A stretch of 64,000 nt of DNA from Ranitomeya imitator (Eukaryota): assembly GCF_032444005.1 (NCBI RefSeq), contig NC_091283.1, positions 168,640,001 to 168,704,000 on the forward strand, given 5' to 3'. Positions 36,969 through 50,500 of the stretch are shown here, piece by piece. Below the pieces are notes generated by a model. That model had not been told where the DNA came from, made no database searches, and saw nothing but the letters and a program-made list of their open reading frames with translations. Made by a program: the position numbers and the translations under genes. Position 1 is the first letter of the stretch; each line of letters opens with the position of its first letter.

Positions 36969-37023
36969 CAGTCTCCAGATCCCCTTTTTCTCGTTGGGCC
37001 GTATTAGGTGCTTCTTCGGCCAT
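36969..37023 (-). CDS. MON1B: MON1B coding exon 1 (MAEEAPNTAQREKGDLET)
   Basis: Donor TG|gtgagt in phase 1 joins 33937; acceptor cctctacag at 37082-37090; total CDS is 2157 nt. Confidence 0.75.
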
Positions 37024-37486
37024 CACCCCCACATCCCTGCCGGCACCTTACAATGGAGACATACAGACATAGGCTCAGTCACTGTAGAGGAACGATGCAC
37101 GCACGCTTTACCACTGTCTACTACACTTCTGCTTGCCGTAGTCAGGTAAAACCACAATTGTATGCAACACAGCAGCCGTCTCCTTGTTCTGTGCAAACTG
37201 GATCAGGAAACATGGACCCCCCATTATCAGCCGATGGTCAGCCCCTGGAGTCTGGGGAATACCTCCCAATACTGGCTGCTGATGGTGGAGTTGTCTGGCC
37301 TGCAATCAGCTAGAAAGAAGGAGTAGATATAGTGGCTAGATTGTGAAAATGCACTAACATCTGCACTTTACGGCAACTGGTACAAACTGCTGTAAAATCA
37401 GCAGAGCCTGCAGTCACAGAGGGAGAGCCCTGCAGAAAAAACGGAATTCAGAAAGTTTATGACCCAAAACAAATCACTTCTCCCAA

Positions 37487-38227
37487 TCTACTATATAATT
37501 GTCTAAGGGTCACTTTCGTCCTTCTGTCTGTCCTTCTGTCTGTCGCGGATATTCATTGGTCGCTGCCTCTGTCTGTCATGGAATCCAAGTCGCTGATTGG
37601 TCTCGCCAGCTGCCTGTCATGGCTGCCGCGACCAATCAGCGACGGCCACAGTCCGATTAGTCCCTCCCCTGCAGTCAGAGCCCGGCGCCCGCCCTATACT
37701 CCCCGCAGTCATCGCTCACACAGGGTTAATGCCAGCGATAACGGACCGCGTTATGCCGCGGGTAACTCACTCCGTTACCGCCGCTATTAACCCTGCGTGA
37801 CCAAGTTTTTACTATTGATGCTGCCTATGCAGGGTCAATAGTAAAAACATCTAATGTTAAAAAAAAATAAAAAATCATTATGTACTCCCCTTTCGCGATG
37901 CTCCGGTGACCGCTCCATGCAAGCGGCAGGTTCCGGTGGCATGGACGGTATGGGAGAAGGACCTGCCATGACGTCACGGTCATGTGACCGCGACATCATC
38001 ACAGGCCCTGCGCGCCAACGACCTGAGAGGACGTCACGGTCATGTGACTGCGACGTCATCACAGGTCCTGTGACCGAACTACAAGGGGCCCTCGGAAGGT
38101 GAGTATATGTTTATTTTTTAACCTGTGACATATGTGGCTGGGCAATATACTACGTGGCTGGGCAATATACTACGTGGACATGCATATTCTAGAATACCTG
38201 CTGCGTTAGAATCGGGCCACCATCTAG
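37487..38227 (+). mobile_element. Non-autonomous Helitron
   Basis: A|TCTACTATATAA 5' end, subterminal hairpin-like segment, CTAG|T 3' end. Confidence 0.8.
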
Positions 38228-38881
38228 TACAAATATATTAGGAAAAAGACAAAGAGGTTTGTTCTTGAGTGCTGTGAAGGAAACCCGGTTCCTCCCACGT
38301 CACCAATCCGTGACGTAACTACAGAGGCACAGCTCTCCGGTGCCCCCTTTGTCTCTCAGGTCGATAAGGGAACTGCACCTAGAGCAAATGGCCGCAGGGG
38401 AGACTGCCCTGTTACCCAAGCTGGGTACTCTAAGATTCGCAATCAGAGTAAAAGGATCAGCCCAAAATTAATTTATGATTTAATTGCCTTAAGGGTGCAC
38501 TAGGTAATTACAAGTAATATACAGACAAAATATATCAAGAATTACAGTCAGAGTAAAATATAACAATCATAAGACAAGGCTTAAAGGTATACAGCTGGAG
38601 GTCAATTTACCAGGTTGAAGGTCGCTTGTGGAAGCCGGGGGGCTCAGCGTTACGCAGGTCCAAGACTTAGTTGCCGGGCAGCCCCCAGAAAGCGTGTGCT
38701 TGCTCCCCTCTGGCTGGCATACCCTGTTCCTTAGTTTATCATCTTCTGTGGAGTGAGTCCTACTCTCCAAGTGTCCTCAGCTCTTAAACCTTCCATGCCC
38801 CCCTCCCCCTCCCTGTAACTGGGTGGGCTAGCAATCTCCACCCCTCAGCTTAACTGCAAAATCTGTGCCCAATATCTAATA

Positions 38882-39064
38882 TCTATATATATAATTGTCT
38901 AAGGGTTTTTCCGTCTGTCTGTCTTTCTGTCTGTCTGTCTGTCCTGGAAATCCCGCGTCTCTGATTGGTCGAGGCCGCGAATTCTGGAATCATCATTGTC
39001 CATATACTACGGGGACATGCATAGTCTAGAATACCCGATGCGTTAGAATCGGGCCACAATCTAG
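38882..39064 (+). mobile_element. Short Helitron of the same family (183 bp)
   Basis: Same tataattgtctaagggt 5' sequence; hairpin cccgat...atcggg; CTAG|T end. Confidence 0.8.
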
Positions 39065-40809
39065 TATGGAATAACTGCTCTGAGGGTGGTCGGATCAGCA
39101 CACGGGCGGTACCAGTGCACAAGGTTGGTTCTGTCGGTCGCCCAGGGACCAAACCCGGACCCATTCGGTCGCTGTGGGAGGCTGATCTCCATATCTCAGG
39201 TTTGAGAACTCCCACGGACTCGGGAATTGCACTGACAGATGCACAATCTCTTTAGGGTGAGGGGGATATTTTTAATGAGCCTGTACCTCGGATGATGTGT
39301 CCATAATTCACGATTCCATGTTGGAGACGGTTCGACTGGGAGGCCACAATAGACGTATATCCTGTGGCCACTTGACATGAGTGCTTTAATTAAGCCCCCA
39401 AGCACCTCCTAGTCCGTCCCCTGCTGGTGTGGCTTCCTCATTGGCTTTGAAGTACCTTCTGCCTGCTACACTGAGCTGGACTTAATTACCATGCTAAAAG
39501 GAACTTTATTCATGAGAATAGGTGGGGGCCAGGAGCACTCATCTCTGCAGAGACAAAATGGAGTCACGCCAATCTCTGTTAGTATGCCCGTCCAAGATGG
39601 TGGCGGCTCCCTCATCACAAGCGCATCCGCTCCTCTGCTTCCATGGGCAGTGCGATTTTGATGTCTGACAGCTTGGAGCTGCCACTGCCTGATCCGTGCT
39701 CTCTCCCATGCTGTGCGCACAGACAGCTTTGCCTTGGCAGCATTGGGTTTATGACCTATAGCAAAAAGATTGCCTAAAACGGCCACCTCTGACTGACAGC
39801 CTGCAAAGGCCGACGATCAACAAGGCAGCGAGCAGTACACTATACAATTACAAATCACTCCTTTCTTGACATCGGAGAGGATTTTTCATAAGGGATATGT
39901 TGCTTGTTTTCTTTTTTGCAATTTTACCCCTTTAAAAAGATGACACTCCCTTTAATACAAACTGTAGCTGCCCTAGTGCCAACTTGTTCAGCACAGATAC
40001 AGAACCATGCAGTGCCTTAGTCCTGTGACTGGGTACTTGTAACACAGAACACATGACAGCACGCACTTCTGATTTATGACGGCCGCATACAAGGGTCACA
40101 TGAACCCTGGCACTTGCTCCAAGGCACAAAATCCCATCCCTGTGAGGCACCGCAGACATTTCACAGCAAACAGTCCCCAGGTTGGACCAGCTCATGACTC
40201 ATGGCGGCAAATAATTATATCAGCAGCACAAACACCCAGCAAATCCCGCAAAACACAAAGATCTCAATGTCTGCACCCCGGGCCCCGGCCACCTCCTCCA
40301 TGATAGTCCTGGGTGTCCTCAGCAGCTGATGCACAGCTTTCTGTACCCCGGCTATCACCGAGACCCTCAGCACTTAGGGCAGGAGGTCCCCATGTTATGC
40401 CGCGCCGGCCATTCCCCTGTGGCCGCTCTGATCAGGCAGCATGGGGGAGTCCTACTATACCAAGCCTCAGGATGGGCCCCGCACCTGGGTCTGAGTCTCC
40501 TGCAGTTCACACACGACGGCAGAATGCGTCTCTTATAACTGAATAGGATTATTTCTGCAAGCCCCAATAAAATGAAGATCACTATCAGGGGAACGTCTCA
40601 GTAAAATCTGCCGTATGTGAACAAGTCTTTAGGCTGCAGCTTTCCCCATGATGTACACTGCAGCTCTGCTAGACTGCCCTTTACTGCCACAATCCAGGAA
40701 GTCAGTGCAGATAGCTACTGATCACTACACACTGACACCAGTCTACCTCCCAAATGGCTGATAACAGAGAACAATAGATTACAGTCAAAAGCACAGTGCT
40801 CAGGCTTAA

Positions 40810-41550
40810 GGTACCGTCACATTTAGCGACGCTGCAGCGATATAGACAACGATCCGATCGCTGCAGCGTTGCTGTTTAGATCACTAGGTTCAGATTGCGT
40901 TAGTGCAATCCGTTTAGCGCCTAGCGCTAGTGGATTGCGCTAAGGCAATGTGTTGTAAAGGGGTCGCGTTAAACGTCCCCGCTCTCGCAGTTCTCTGATC
41001 TGCGAGAGTGGGGAACGGACCGCGGGCGCGCCTCAGACGCTGCAAGCAGCGTGCGCGGCGCGCCACAAGACAACGGCACATAGCTAGCGCGTGCCGAAAA
41101 TGGCACGCGCTAGTGATGCGCGTCCCCATTGCTGTTAATGGGCGCGCTAACGGACGCGTTGCACTGCGTTAGTTTCGCCGTACAACGCTGTCCGTTAGCG
41201 CGATCCCACCCATTAACGCAATGGGAACCTAGCCAGAGACGTCAAACACGGCAACAGCTGAACGATGCAGGAGCGATCCAGTGACGTAACGGCGACTCAC
41301 TTATTGTTCTCGCTGGTTGTTCGCTCCATGAAAAACCATTGCAGGCATCGTTGCTTTTGCTGTCAAACATGACGAATCACGCCGACCTGACGACCAAATA
41401 AAGTTCCGGACTTTCAGCGACGACCAGCGATGTCACAGCAGGATCCTGATCGCTGCTGCGTGTCAAACACAACGAGATCGCTATCCAGGACGCTGCAACG
41501 TCACGGATCGTTGTCGTTCTCGTTGCAAAGTTGCTTAATGTGAAGGTACC
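40810..41550. mobile_element. MITE (ggtaccgtcacat / atgtgaaggtacc) with a nested MITE at about 40886-41232
   Basis: Outer and inner TIR pairs visible. Confidence 0.75.
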
Positions 41551-41665
41551 TTTAGACTAGGGCTACATGGCAGCCTGTGGCCACTGACATGCAATCACAA
41601 GGACACATTTATACAAAGATGATACTTTAGGGATTTGCATTTTGAGACCTTTTTTGGTCTTTATA

Positions 41666-41947
41666 CAGTACAGACCAAAAGTTTGGACACGCTTTCTCAT
41701 TTAAAGATTTTTCTGTATTTTCATGACTATGAAAATTGTAAATTCCCACTGAAGGCATCAAAACTATGAATGAACACATGTCGAATTATATACTTAACAA
41801 AAAAGTGTGAAACAACTGAAATTATGTCTTATATTGTAGGTTCTTTAAAGTATGTAAGTAAGGTGTGAATGTACAATTTTCATAGTCATGAAAATACAGA
41901 AAAATCTTTAAAATGAGAAGGTGTGTCCAAACTTTTGGTCTGTACTG
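41666..41947. mobile_element. Tc1-derived palindromic MITE
   Basis: TIRs cagtacagaccaaaagtttggacac, TA flanks. Confidence 0.85.
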
Positions 41948-42270
41948 TACATCCTGCAGATCGGTGGGGTACTGAGACCCCCCAACCTCCAGAGAAGTGA
42001 AGGAGAGTCTAGGTGACCGGGGACCACTGATCGGCAGGACATCTCATGGCCCACATTACAAGGCAGTTTTCTGTAACTTCCCATTACGATTTGTTTTGAT
42101 TACATCTGTTTGCTGTCAGTGACCAGGAACATTTGTGTTTCCATCAAACACCAGATATGTTCAGAGCTGAGCATTTACTACACTGGTAATTTGTTACAAT
42201 GTATCAGTGCAGGGGTGACACGTATCAGGAGAGCGAGGACTTGTGCAGCAGCTGAAGTGTCCAGAAATAA

Positions 42271-43026
42271 GGGTATGTTCCCATGGTCAGTAAACGCTGC
42301 TGGTTGGACGCCGAGTACATCCGCACCATCCAACCCACAGCAGACAGATGTTACAGCACAGTGGAGGGGATTTCAAGAAACCCCACCTCCACTATGAGTG
42401 TATGTGCACCAGCGGCTTCCCTGCGGAGACGGACATGCGGCGTGCCTTGCCAGACGGCAGCATGTCTATTTATCTCATGGAGAAGCTCAGTCTCCACAAG
42501 ATAAATGTCCCCGTACAATGTATTGGGTGCGGTGATTCCGTACGGATCAATGAACACATATGGGATCACCTGCAATCAAAAGCCGGCAGCAGTTTGGACG
42601 GAGCGGACGTGCTCCCGATCACTGACCGTGGGAACATAGCCTAAGGGTATGTGCACATGTTGCGGATTAGCCTTAGGAATTTCTGGTGCGGACTCTGCCT
42701 CTCCTGGCAGAAAACGCACCTGCGGTTCCGCAACGTTTTTTGTGCGGTTGCGCAGAGTTTTTTGTGCGTTTTTGCTGCAGTTTTTACCACTGCGGTTTTC
42801 TATAATTTAATGGGTACAAAAACGCTGCAGATTCACAAAAAAGAAGTGACATGCTACTTCTTTTAAACCGCAGCGTTTCCGCAGCGGATCTTCCGCAAAG
42901 TGTGCACAGCATTTTTTTTTCTCATTGATTTACATTGTACTGTGAATCAATTGCGGATCTGCAGCATTTCTGCACCTCAAAAACCGCTGCGGATCCGCAG
43001 AGAATCCGTAACGTGTGCACATACCC
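42271..43026. mobile_element. Two tandem PIF/Harbinger-like MITEs (42271-42641 and 42645-43026) sharing a TAA
   Basis: TIR pairs gggtatgttccc / gggaacatagcc and gggtatgtgcac / gtgcacataccc; the second is the same family as 4153-4465. Confidence 0.8.
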
Positions 43027-43219
43027 TCAGAGCTCTGCATGTAAACATGTTACCGCTCACTGACAGCAAGCAGAATACAAAACCAATAAGGACACAAATC
43101 AGCTTCATCTCCATGGCCTGAGAGCTGTGACTGTCTATGACCTGCACACACTGCAGTGTTACACTAAATACCATCCCCCTGCACGTACACTACATGTACT
43201 GACACTATACAGGGGCTCT

Positions 43220-44410
43220 CCGCTCCACACTCCCCAATATACCGGCCATGGGGCTCCGCACTCCACTGTATCCCCCAATATACCGACCATGGGGGCTCCA
43301 CACACTCCTGTATCTCATCAATAAACTGGCCATGGGGCTCCGTGCTCCCCTGTATCCCCCCAATATACCGACCATGGAGGCTCCGCACACCCCTGTATCT
43401 CCCCAATAAACCGGCCATGGGGCTCTGTGCTCCCCTGTATCCCCCCAATATACCGACCATTGGGCTCCGTGCTCCCCTGTATCCCCCCCCCCCAATATAC
43501 CAACCATGGGGCTCCATGCTCCCCTGTATCCCCCAATATACCGGCCATGGGGCTCCATGCTCCCCTGTATCCCCCCCAATATACCAACCATGGGGCTCCA
43601 TGCTCCCCTGTATCCCCCCCAATATACCAACAATGGGGCTCCGTGCTCCCCTGTATCCCCCCCCCAATATACCGGCCATGGGGCTCCGTACTCCCCTGTA
43701 TCCCCCCAATATACCGGCCATGGGGCTCTGTGCTCCCCTGTATCCCCCCCAATATACCGGCCATGGGGCTCCGTGCTCCCCTGTATCCCCCAATATACCG
43801 GCCATGGGGCTCCGTGCTCCCCTGTATCCCCCCAATATACCGGCCATGGGGCTCCGTGCTCCCCTGTATCCCCCCAATATACCGGCCATGGGGCTCCGTG
43901 CTCCCCTGTATCCCCCCCCCCCAATATACCAACCATGGGGGCTCCGTGCTCCCCTGTATCCCCCCAATATACCGGCCATGGGGCTCCGTGCTCCCCTGTA
44001 TCCCCCCAATATACCGGCCATGGGGCTCCGTGCTCCCCTGTATCCCCCAATATACCGGCCATGGGGCTCCGTGCTCCCCTGTATCCCCCAATATACCTAC
44101 CATGGGGCTCCGTGCTCCCCTGTATCCCCCCCCAATATACCAGCCACGGGGCTCCACACACCCCTGTATCCCCCCAAATATACCAACCATGGGGCTCTGT
44201 GCTCCCCTGTATCCCCCTATATACCGGCCATGGGGGCTCCGTGCTCCCCTGTATCCCCCCCCAATATACCAGCCACGGGGCTCCACACACCCCTGTATCC
44301 CCCCAATATATCAGCCATGGGGCTCCGTGCTCCCCTTTATCCCCCTATATACCGGCCATGGGGGCTCCGTGCTCCCCTGTATCCCCCAACATACCGGCCA
44401 TGGGAGCTCC
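43220..44410. repeat. Minisatellite of about 42 bp (ccccaatataccggccatggggctccgtgctcccctgtatcc), about 28 copies
   Basis: Read directly; C-run length varies between units. Confidence 0.95.
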
Positions 44411-44520
44411 GTGCTCTGCAGCTTAGGTCGAGGAAGATGTAGATCGCAGCGGAGCTGCAGGACCTTCGGTGATGTCACCACCATGTGACCAGTGACGCGT
44501 GTGGGCGGAGTCAGCCCTCC
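44395..44520 (-). promoter_or_regulatory. Candidate MON1B promoter and first exon
   Basis: CpG-rich; CLEAR/M-box-like GTCACATG (44482-44489) and GC box (44503-44510) upstream of a minus-strand donor G|gtatgt at 44395/44394. Confidence 0.4.
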
Positions 44521-44570
44521 TGTGTGTTGGGCTGCAGGATGGGAGGGTAGGCTGTATCCATAGTCGCAGC

Positions 44571-47500
44571 CGCACTCAGGCATGAAGTACAGCTGCACTC
44601 AGTATAGTTGCACTCAGTACAGTCGCACTCGGTACATTCGCACTCAGGCAGTACAGACGCACTCAGTATAGTCGCACTCAGTATAGTCGCACTCAGTACA
44701 GCCGCACTCAGTACAGCCGCACTCAGTATAGTCGCACTCAGTACAGCCGCATTCAGTATAGTCGCACTCAGTACAGCCACACTCAGTATAGTCGCACTCA
44801 GTACAGCCACACTCAGTATAGTCGCACTCAGTACAGCCGCAGTCAGTATAGTGGCACTCAGTACAGCCGCACTTAGTATAGTCGCACTCAGGCAGTACAG
44901 CCGCACTCAGTATAGTCGCACTCAGTATAGCCGCACTCAGTATAGTCGCACTCAGTACAGCCGCAGTCAGTATAGTCGCACTCAGTACAGCCGCACTTAG
45001 TATAGTCGCACTCAGGCAGTACAGCCGCACTCAGTATAGTCGCACTCAGTACAGCCGCACTCAGTATAGTCGCACTCAGTACAGCCGCAGTCAGTATAGT
45101 CGCACTCAGTACAGCCGCAGTCAGTATAGTCGCACTCAGTACAGCCACACTCAGTATAGTCGCACTCAGTACAGCCGCACTTAGTATAGTCGCACTCAGG
45201 CAGTACAGCCGCACTCAGTACCGCCGCACTTAGTATAGTCGCACTCAGGCAGTACAGATGCACTCAGTATAGTCACACTCAATACAGTCGCACTCAGGCA
45301 GTACAGACGCACTCAGTATAGTCGCACTCAGGCAATACAGACGCACTCAGTAGAGTCGCACTCAGTACAGTCGCACTCGGTACATTCGCACTCAGGCAGT
45401 ACAGACGCACTCAGTATAGTCGCACTCAGTACAGCCGCACTCAGTATAGTCGCACTCAGTACAGCCACACTCAGTATAGTCGCACTCAGTACAGCCACAC
45501 TCAGTATAGTCGCACTCAGTACAGCCACACTCAGTATAGTCGCACTCAGTACAGCCGCAGTCAGTATAGTGGCACTCAGTACAGCCGCACTTAGTATAGT
45601 CGCACTCAGGCAGTACAGCCGCACTCAGTATAGTCGCACTCAGTATAGCCGCACTCAGTATAGTCGCACTCAGTACAGCCGCAGTCAGTATAGTCGCACT
45701 CAGTACAGCCGCACTTAGTATAGTCGCACTCAGGCAGTACAGCCGCACTCAGTATAGTCGCACTCAGTACAGCCGCACTCAGTATAGTCGCACTCAGTAC
45801 AGCCGCAGTCAGTATAGTCGCACTCAGTACAGCCACACTCAGTATAGTCGCACTCAGTACAGCCGCACTTAGTATAGTCGCACTCAGGCAGTACAGCCGC
45901 ACTCAGTACCGCCGCACTTAGTATAGTCGCACTCAGGCAGTACAGATGCACTCAGTATAGTCACACTCAATACAGTCGCACTCAGGCAGTACAGACGCAC
46001 TCAGTATAGTCGCACTCAGGCAATACAGACGCACTCAGTAGAGTCGCACTCAGTACAGTCGCACTCGGTACATTCGCACTCAGGCAGTACAGACGCACTC
46101 AGTATAGTCGCACTCAGTACAGCCGCACTCAGTATAGTCGCACTCAGTATAGTCGCACTCAGTACAGCAGCACTCAGTATAGTTGCACTCAGGCAGTACA
46201 GCTGCATTCAGTATAGCCGCACTCAGGCAGTACAGCTGCACTCAGTATAGTCACACTCAGTACAGCCGCACTCAGTAAAGCCGCACTCAAGCGGTACAGC
46301 GGCACTCAGTATAGTTGCACTCAGGCAGTACAGCCGCACTCAGTGTAGCCGCACTCAGGCAGCACAGCCGCGCTCAGTATAGTTGCACTCAGGCAGTACA
46401 GCCGCACTCAGTATGGTCGCACTCAGGCAGTGCAGCTGCTCTCAGTATAGATGCACTCAGGCAGTTCAGCCGCACTCAGTGTAGTCGCATTCAGGCAATA
46501 CAGCCACATTCAGTATAGCCGCACTCAGGCAGGACAGCCGCACTCAGTATAGTCGCACTCAGTACAGCCGCACTCAGTATAGCCACACTCAGGCATTAAG
46601 TAAAGCCGCACTCAGTATAGCTGCATTCAGTATAGCCGCACTCAGGCAGTACAGCTGCACTCAGTATAGCCACACTCAGGCAGTACAGCCGCACTCAGTA
46701 TAGCCACACTCAGGCATTAAGTAAAGCCGCACTCAGTATAGCTGCATTCAGTATAGCCGCACTCAGGCAGTACAGCTGCACTCAGTATAGCCACACTCAG
46801 GCAGTACAGCCGCACTCAGTATAGCCACACTCAGGCATTAAGTAAAGCCGCACTCAGTATAGCTGCATTCAGTATAGCCGCACTCAGGCAGTACATCCGC
46901 ACTCAGTATAGCCACACTCAGGCGGTACAGCCGCACTCAGTATAGTTGCACTCAGGCAGTACTGCCGCACTCAGTATAGCCGCACTCAGGCAGTACAGCC
47001 GCACTCAGTATAGCTGCATTCAGTATAGCCGCACTCAGGCAGTACAGCTGCACTCAGTATAGCCACACTCAGGCAGTACAGCCGCACTCAGTATAGCCAC
47101 ACTCAGGCATTAAGTAAAGCCGCACTCAGTATAGCTGCACTCAGTATAGCCACACTCAGGCAGTACAGCCGCACTCAGTATAGCCACACTCAGGCGGTAC
47201 AGCCGCACTCAGTATAGTTGCACTCAGGCAGTACTGCCGCACTCAGTATAGCCGCACTCAGGCAGTACAGCCGCACTCAGTATAGTTGCACTCAGGCAGT
47301 ACAGCCACACTCAGTATAGTCGCACTCAGGCAATACAGCCGCATTCAGTATAGCCGCACTCAGGCAATACAGCCGCACTCAGTACAGCTGCATTCAGTAT
47401 AGCCGCACTCAGGCAGTACAGCCGCACTCAGTATAGTCGCACTCAGTACAGCCCCACTCAGTACAGCCGTACTCAGTATAGCTGCACTCAGTACAGCTGC

Positions 47501-50500
47501 ATTCAGTATAGCCGCACTCAGGCAATACAGCCGCAATCAGGCAGTACAGCCGCATTCACTATAGCCGCAATCAGGCAGTACAGCCGCACTCAGTATAGTC
47601 GCACTCAGTACAGCCGCACTTAGTATAGTCGCACTCAGTACAGCCGCACTTAGTATAGTCGCACTCAAGCAGTACAGATGCACTTAGTATAGTCGCACTC
47701 AGTACAGCCGCACTTAGTATAGTCGCAGTCAGTACAGCCGCACTTAGTATAGTCGCACTCAAGCAGTACAGATGCACTTAGTATAGTTGCACTCAGTACA
47801 GACGCACTCAGTATAGTCGCACTCAGTACAGTCACACAGAGGCAGTACAGCCCCACTCAGTACAGCCGCACTCAGTATAGTCGCACTCAGCACAGCCGCA
47901 CTCAGTATAGCCGCACTCAGGCATTAAGTAAAGCCGCACTCAGTATAGTCGCACTCAGTACAGCAGCACTCAGGCATACAGCAGCACTCAGTATAGTTGC
48001 ACTCAGGCAGTACAGCTGCATTCATTATAGCCGCACTCAGGCAGTACAGCCGCACTCAGTATAGTCACACTCAGTACAGCCGCACTCAGTATAGCCGCAC
48101 TCAGGCAGTACAGCCGCACTCAGTATAGCCGCACTCAGGCAGTACAGCCGCGCTCAGTATAGTTGCACTCAGGCAGTACAGCCGCACTCAGTATAGTCGC
48201 TCTCAGGCAGTGCAGCCTCTCTCAGTATAGATGGACTCAGGCAGTTCAGCCGCACTCAGTATAGTCACACTCAGGCAATGCAGCCGCATTCAGTATAGCC
48301 ACACTCAGGCAACACAGCCGCACTCAGTATAGCTGCACTCAGTATAGCCACACTCAGGCAGTACAGCCGCACTCAGTATAGCCACACTCAGGCGGTACAG
48401 CCGCACTCAGTATAGTTGCACTCAGGCAGTACTGCCGCACTCAGTATAGCCGCACTCAGGCAGTACAGCCGCACTCAGTATAGTTGCACTCAGGCAGTAC
48501 AGCCACACTCAGTATAGTCGCACTCAGGCAATACAGCCGCATTCAGTATAGCCGCACTCAGGCAATACAGCCGCACTCAGTACAGCTGCATTCAGTATAG
48601 CCGCACTCAGGCAGTACAGCCGCACTCAGTATAGTCGCACTCAGTACAGCCCCACTCAGTACAGCCGTACTCAGTATAGCTGCACTCAGGCATTAAGTAC
48701 AGCCGCACTCAGTACAGCTGCATTCAGTATAGCCGCACTCAGGCAATACAGCCGCAATCAGGCAGTACAGCCGCATTCACTATAGCCGCAATCAGGCAGT
48801 ACAGCCGCACTCAGTATAGTCGCACTCAGTACAGCCGCACTTAGTATAGTCGCACTCAGTACAGCCGCACTTAGTATAGTCGCACTCAAGCAGTACAGAT
48901 GCACTTAGTATAGTTGCACTCAGTACAGACGCACTCAGTATAGTCGCACTCAGTACAGTCACACAGAGGCAGTACAGCCGCACTCAGTATAGTCGCACTC
49001 AGCACAGCCGCACTCAGTATAGCCGCACTCAGGCATTAAGTAAAGCCGCACTCAGTATAGTCGCACTCAGTACAGCAGCACTCAGGCATACAGCAGCACT
49101 CAGTATAGTTGCACTCAGGCAGTACAGCTGCATTCATTATAGCCGCACTCAGGCAGTACAGCCGCACTCAGTATAGTCACACTCAGTACAGCCGCACTCA
49201 GTATAGCCGCACTCAGGCAGTACAGCCGCACTCAGTATAGTTGCACTCAGGCAGTACAGCCGCACTCAGTATAGCCGCACTCAGGCAGTACAGCCGCGCT
49301 CAGTATAGTTGCACTCAGGCAGTACAGCCGCACTCAGTATAGTCGCTCTCAGGCAGTGCAGCCTCTCTCAGTATAGATGGACTCAGGCAGTTCAGCCGCA
49401 CTCAGTATAGTCACACTCAGGCAATGCAGCCGCATTCAGTATAGCCACACTCAGGCAACACAGCCGCACTCAGTACAGCTGCATTCAGTATAGCCGCACT
49501 CAGGCAGTACAGCCACACGCAGTATAGTCGCACTCAGTACAGCCGCACTCAGTATAGCCACACTCAGGCATTAAGTTCAGACGCACTCAGTACAGCTGCA
49601 TTCAGAATAGCCGCGTTCAGGCAGTACAGCCGCACTCAGTATAGACGCACTCTGGCAGTACAGCCACACTCAGTACAGCCGCACTCAGTATAGCCGCACT
49701 CAGGCGGTACAGCCGCACTCAGTATAGTCGCACTCAGGCAGTGCAGCTGCTCTCAGTATAGATGCACTCAGGCAGTTCAGCCGCACTCAGTATAGTCGCA
49801 CTCAGGCAGTGCAGCCGCTCTCAGTATAGATGCACTCAGGCAGTTCAGCCGCACTCAGTATAGTCGCACTCAGGCAATACGGCCGCTCTCAGTATAGATG
49901 CACTCAGGCAGTTCAGCCGCACTCAGTATAGTCGCACTCAGGCAATACAGCCGCACTCAGTATAGCCGCACTCAGGCAATACAGCCACACTCAGTACAGC
50001 TGCATTCAGTATAGCCGCACTCAGGCAGTACAGTCGCACTCAGTATAGTCGCACTCAGTACAGCCGCACTCAGTACAGCCGCACTCAGTATAGCCACACT
50101 CAGGCATTAAGTACAGCCGCACTCCGTACAGCTGCATTCAGTATAGCCGCACTCAGGCAGTACAGCCACACTCAGTATAGTTGCACTCAGTACAGCAGCA
50201 CTCAAGCAGTACAGCCGCACTCAGTATAGTCGCACTCAGTACAGCCGCACTCAGTATAGCTGCACTCAGGCAGTACAGCCACACTCAGTGTAGCCGCACT
50301 CAGGCAATACAGCCGCACTCAGTATAGTCGCACTCAGGCAGTACAGCCGCACTCAGGCAGTACAGCCGCACTCAGTATAGCCACACTCAGGCAGTGCAGC
50401 CGCTCTCAGTATAGATGCACTCAGGCAGTTCAGCTGCACTCAGTATAGTCGCACTCAGGCAGTGCAGCCGCTCTCAGTATAGATGCACTCAGGCAGTTCA

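Noticed and set aside
28665-37023. Assignment as MON1A
   Set aside because: RLDPADLQLLL, KPLDIP and the C-terminal YPPKYST...NGFFTGL match MON1B as recalled.
42351-42644. ORFs of 74-98 aa resembling an enzyme exon
   Set aside because: They lie wholly within a TIR-bounded MITE.
43164-44488. ORFs of 285-366 aa on both strands
   Set aside because: Products of a 42-bp minisatellite; variable C-runs shift frames.
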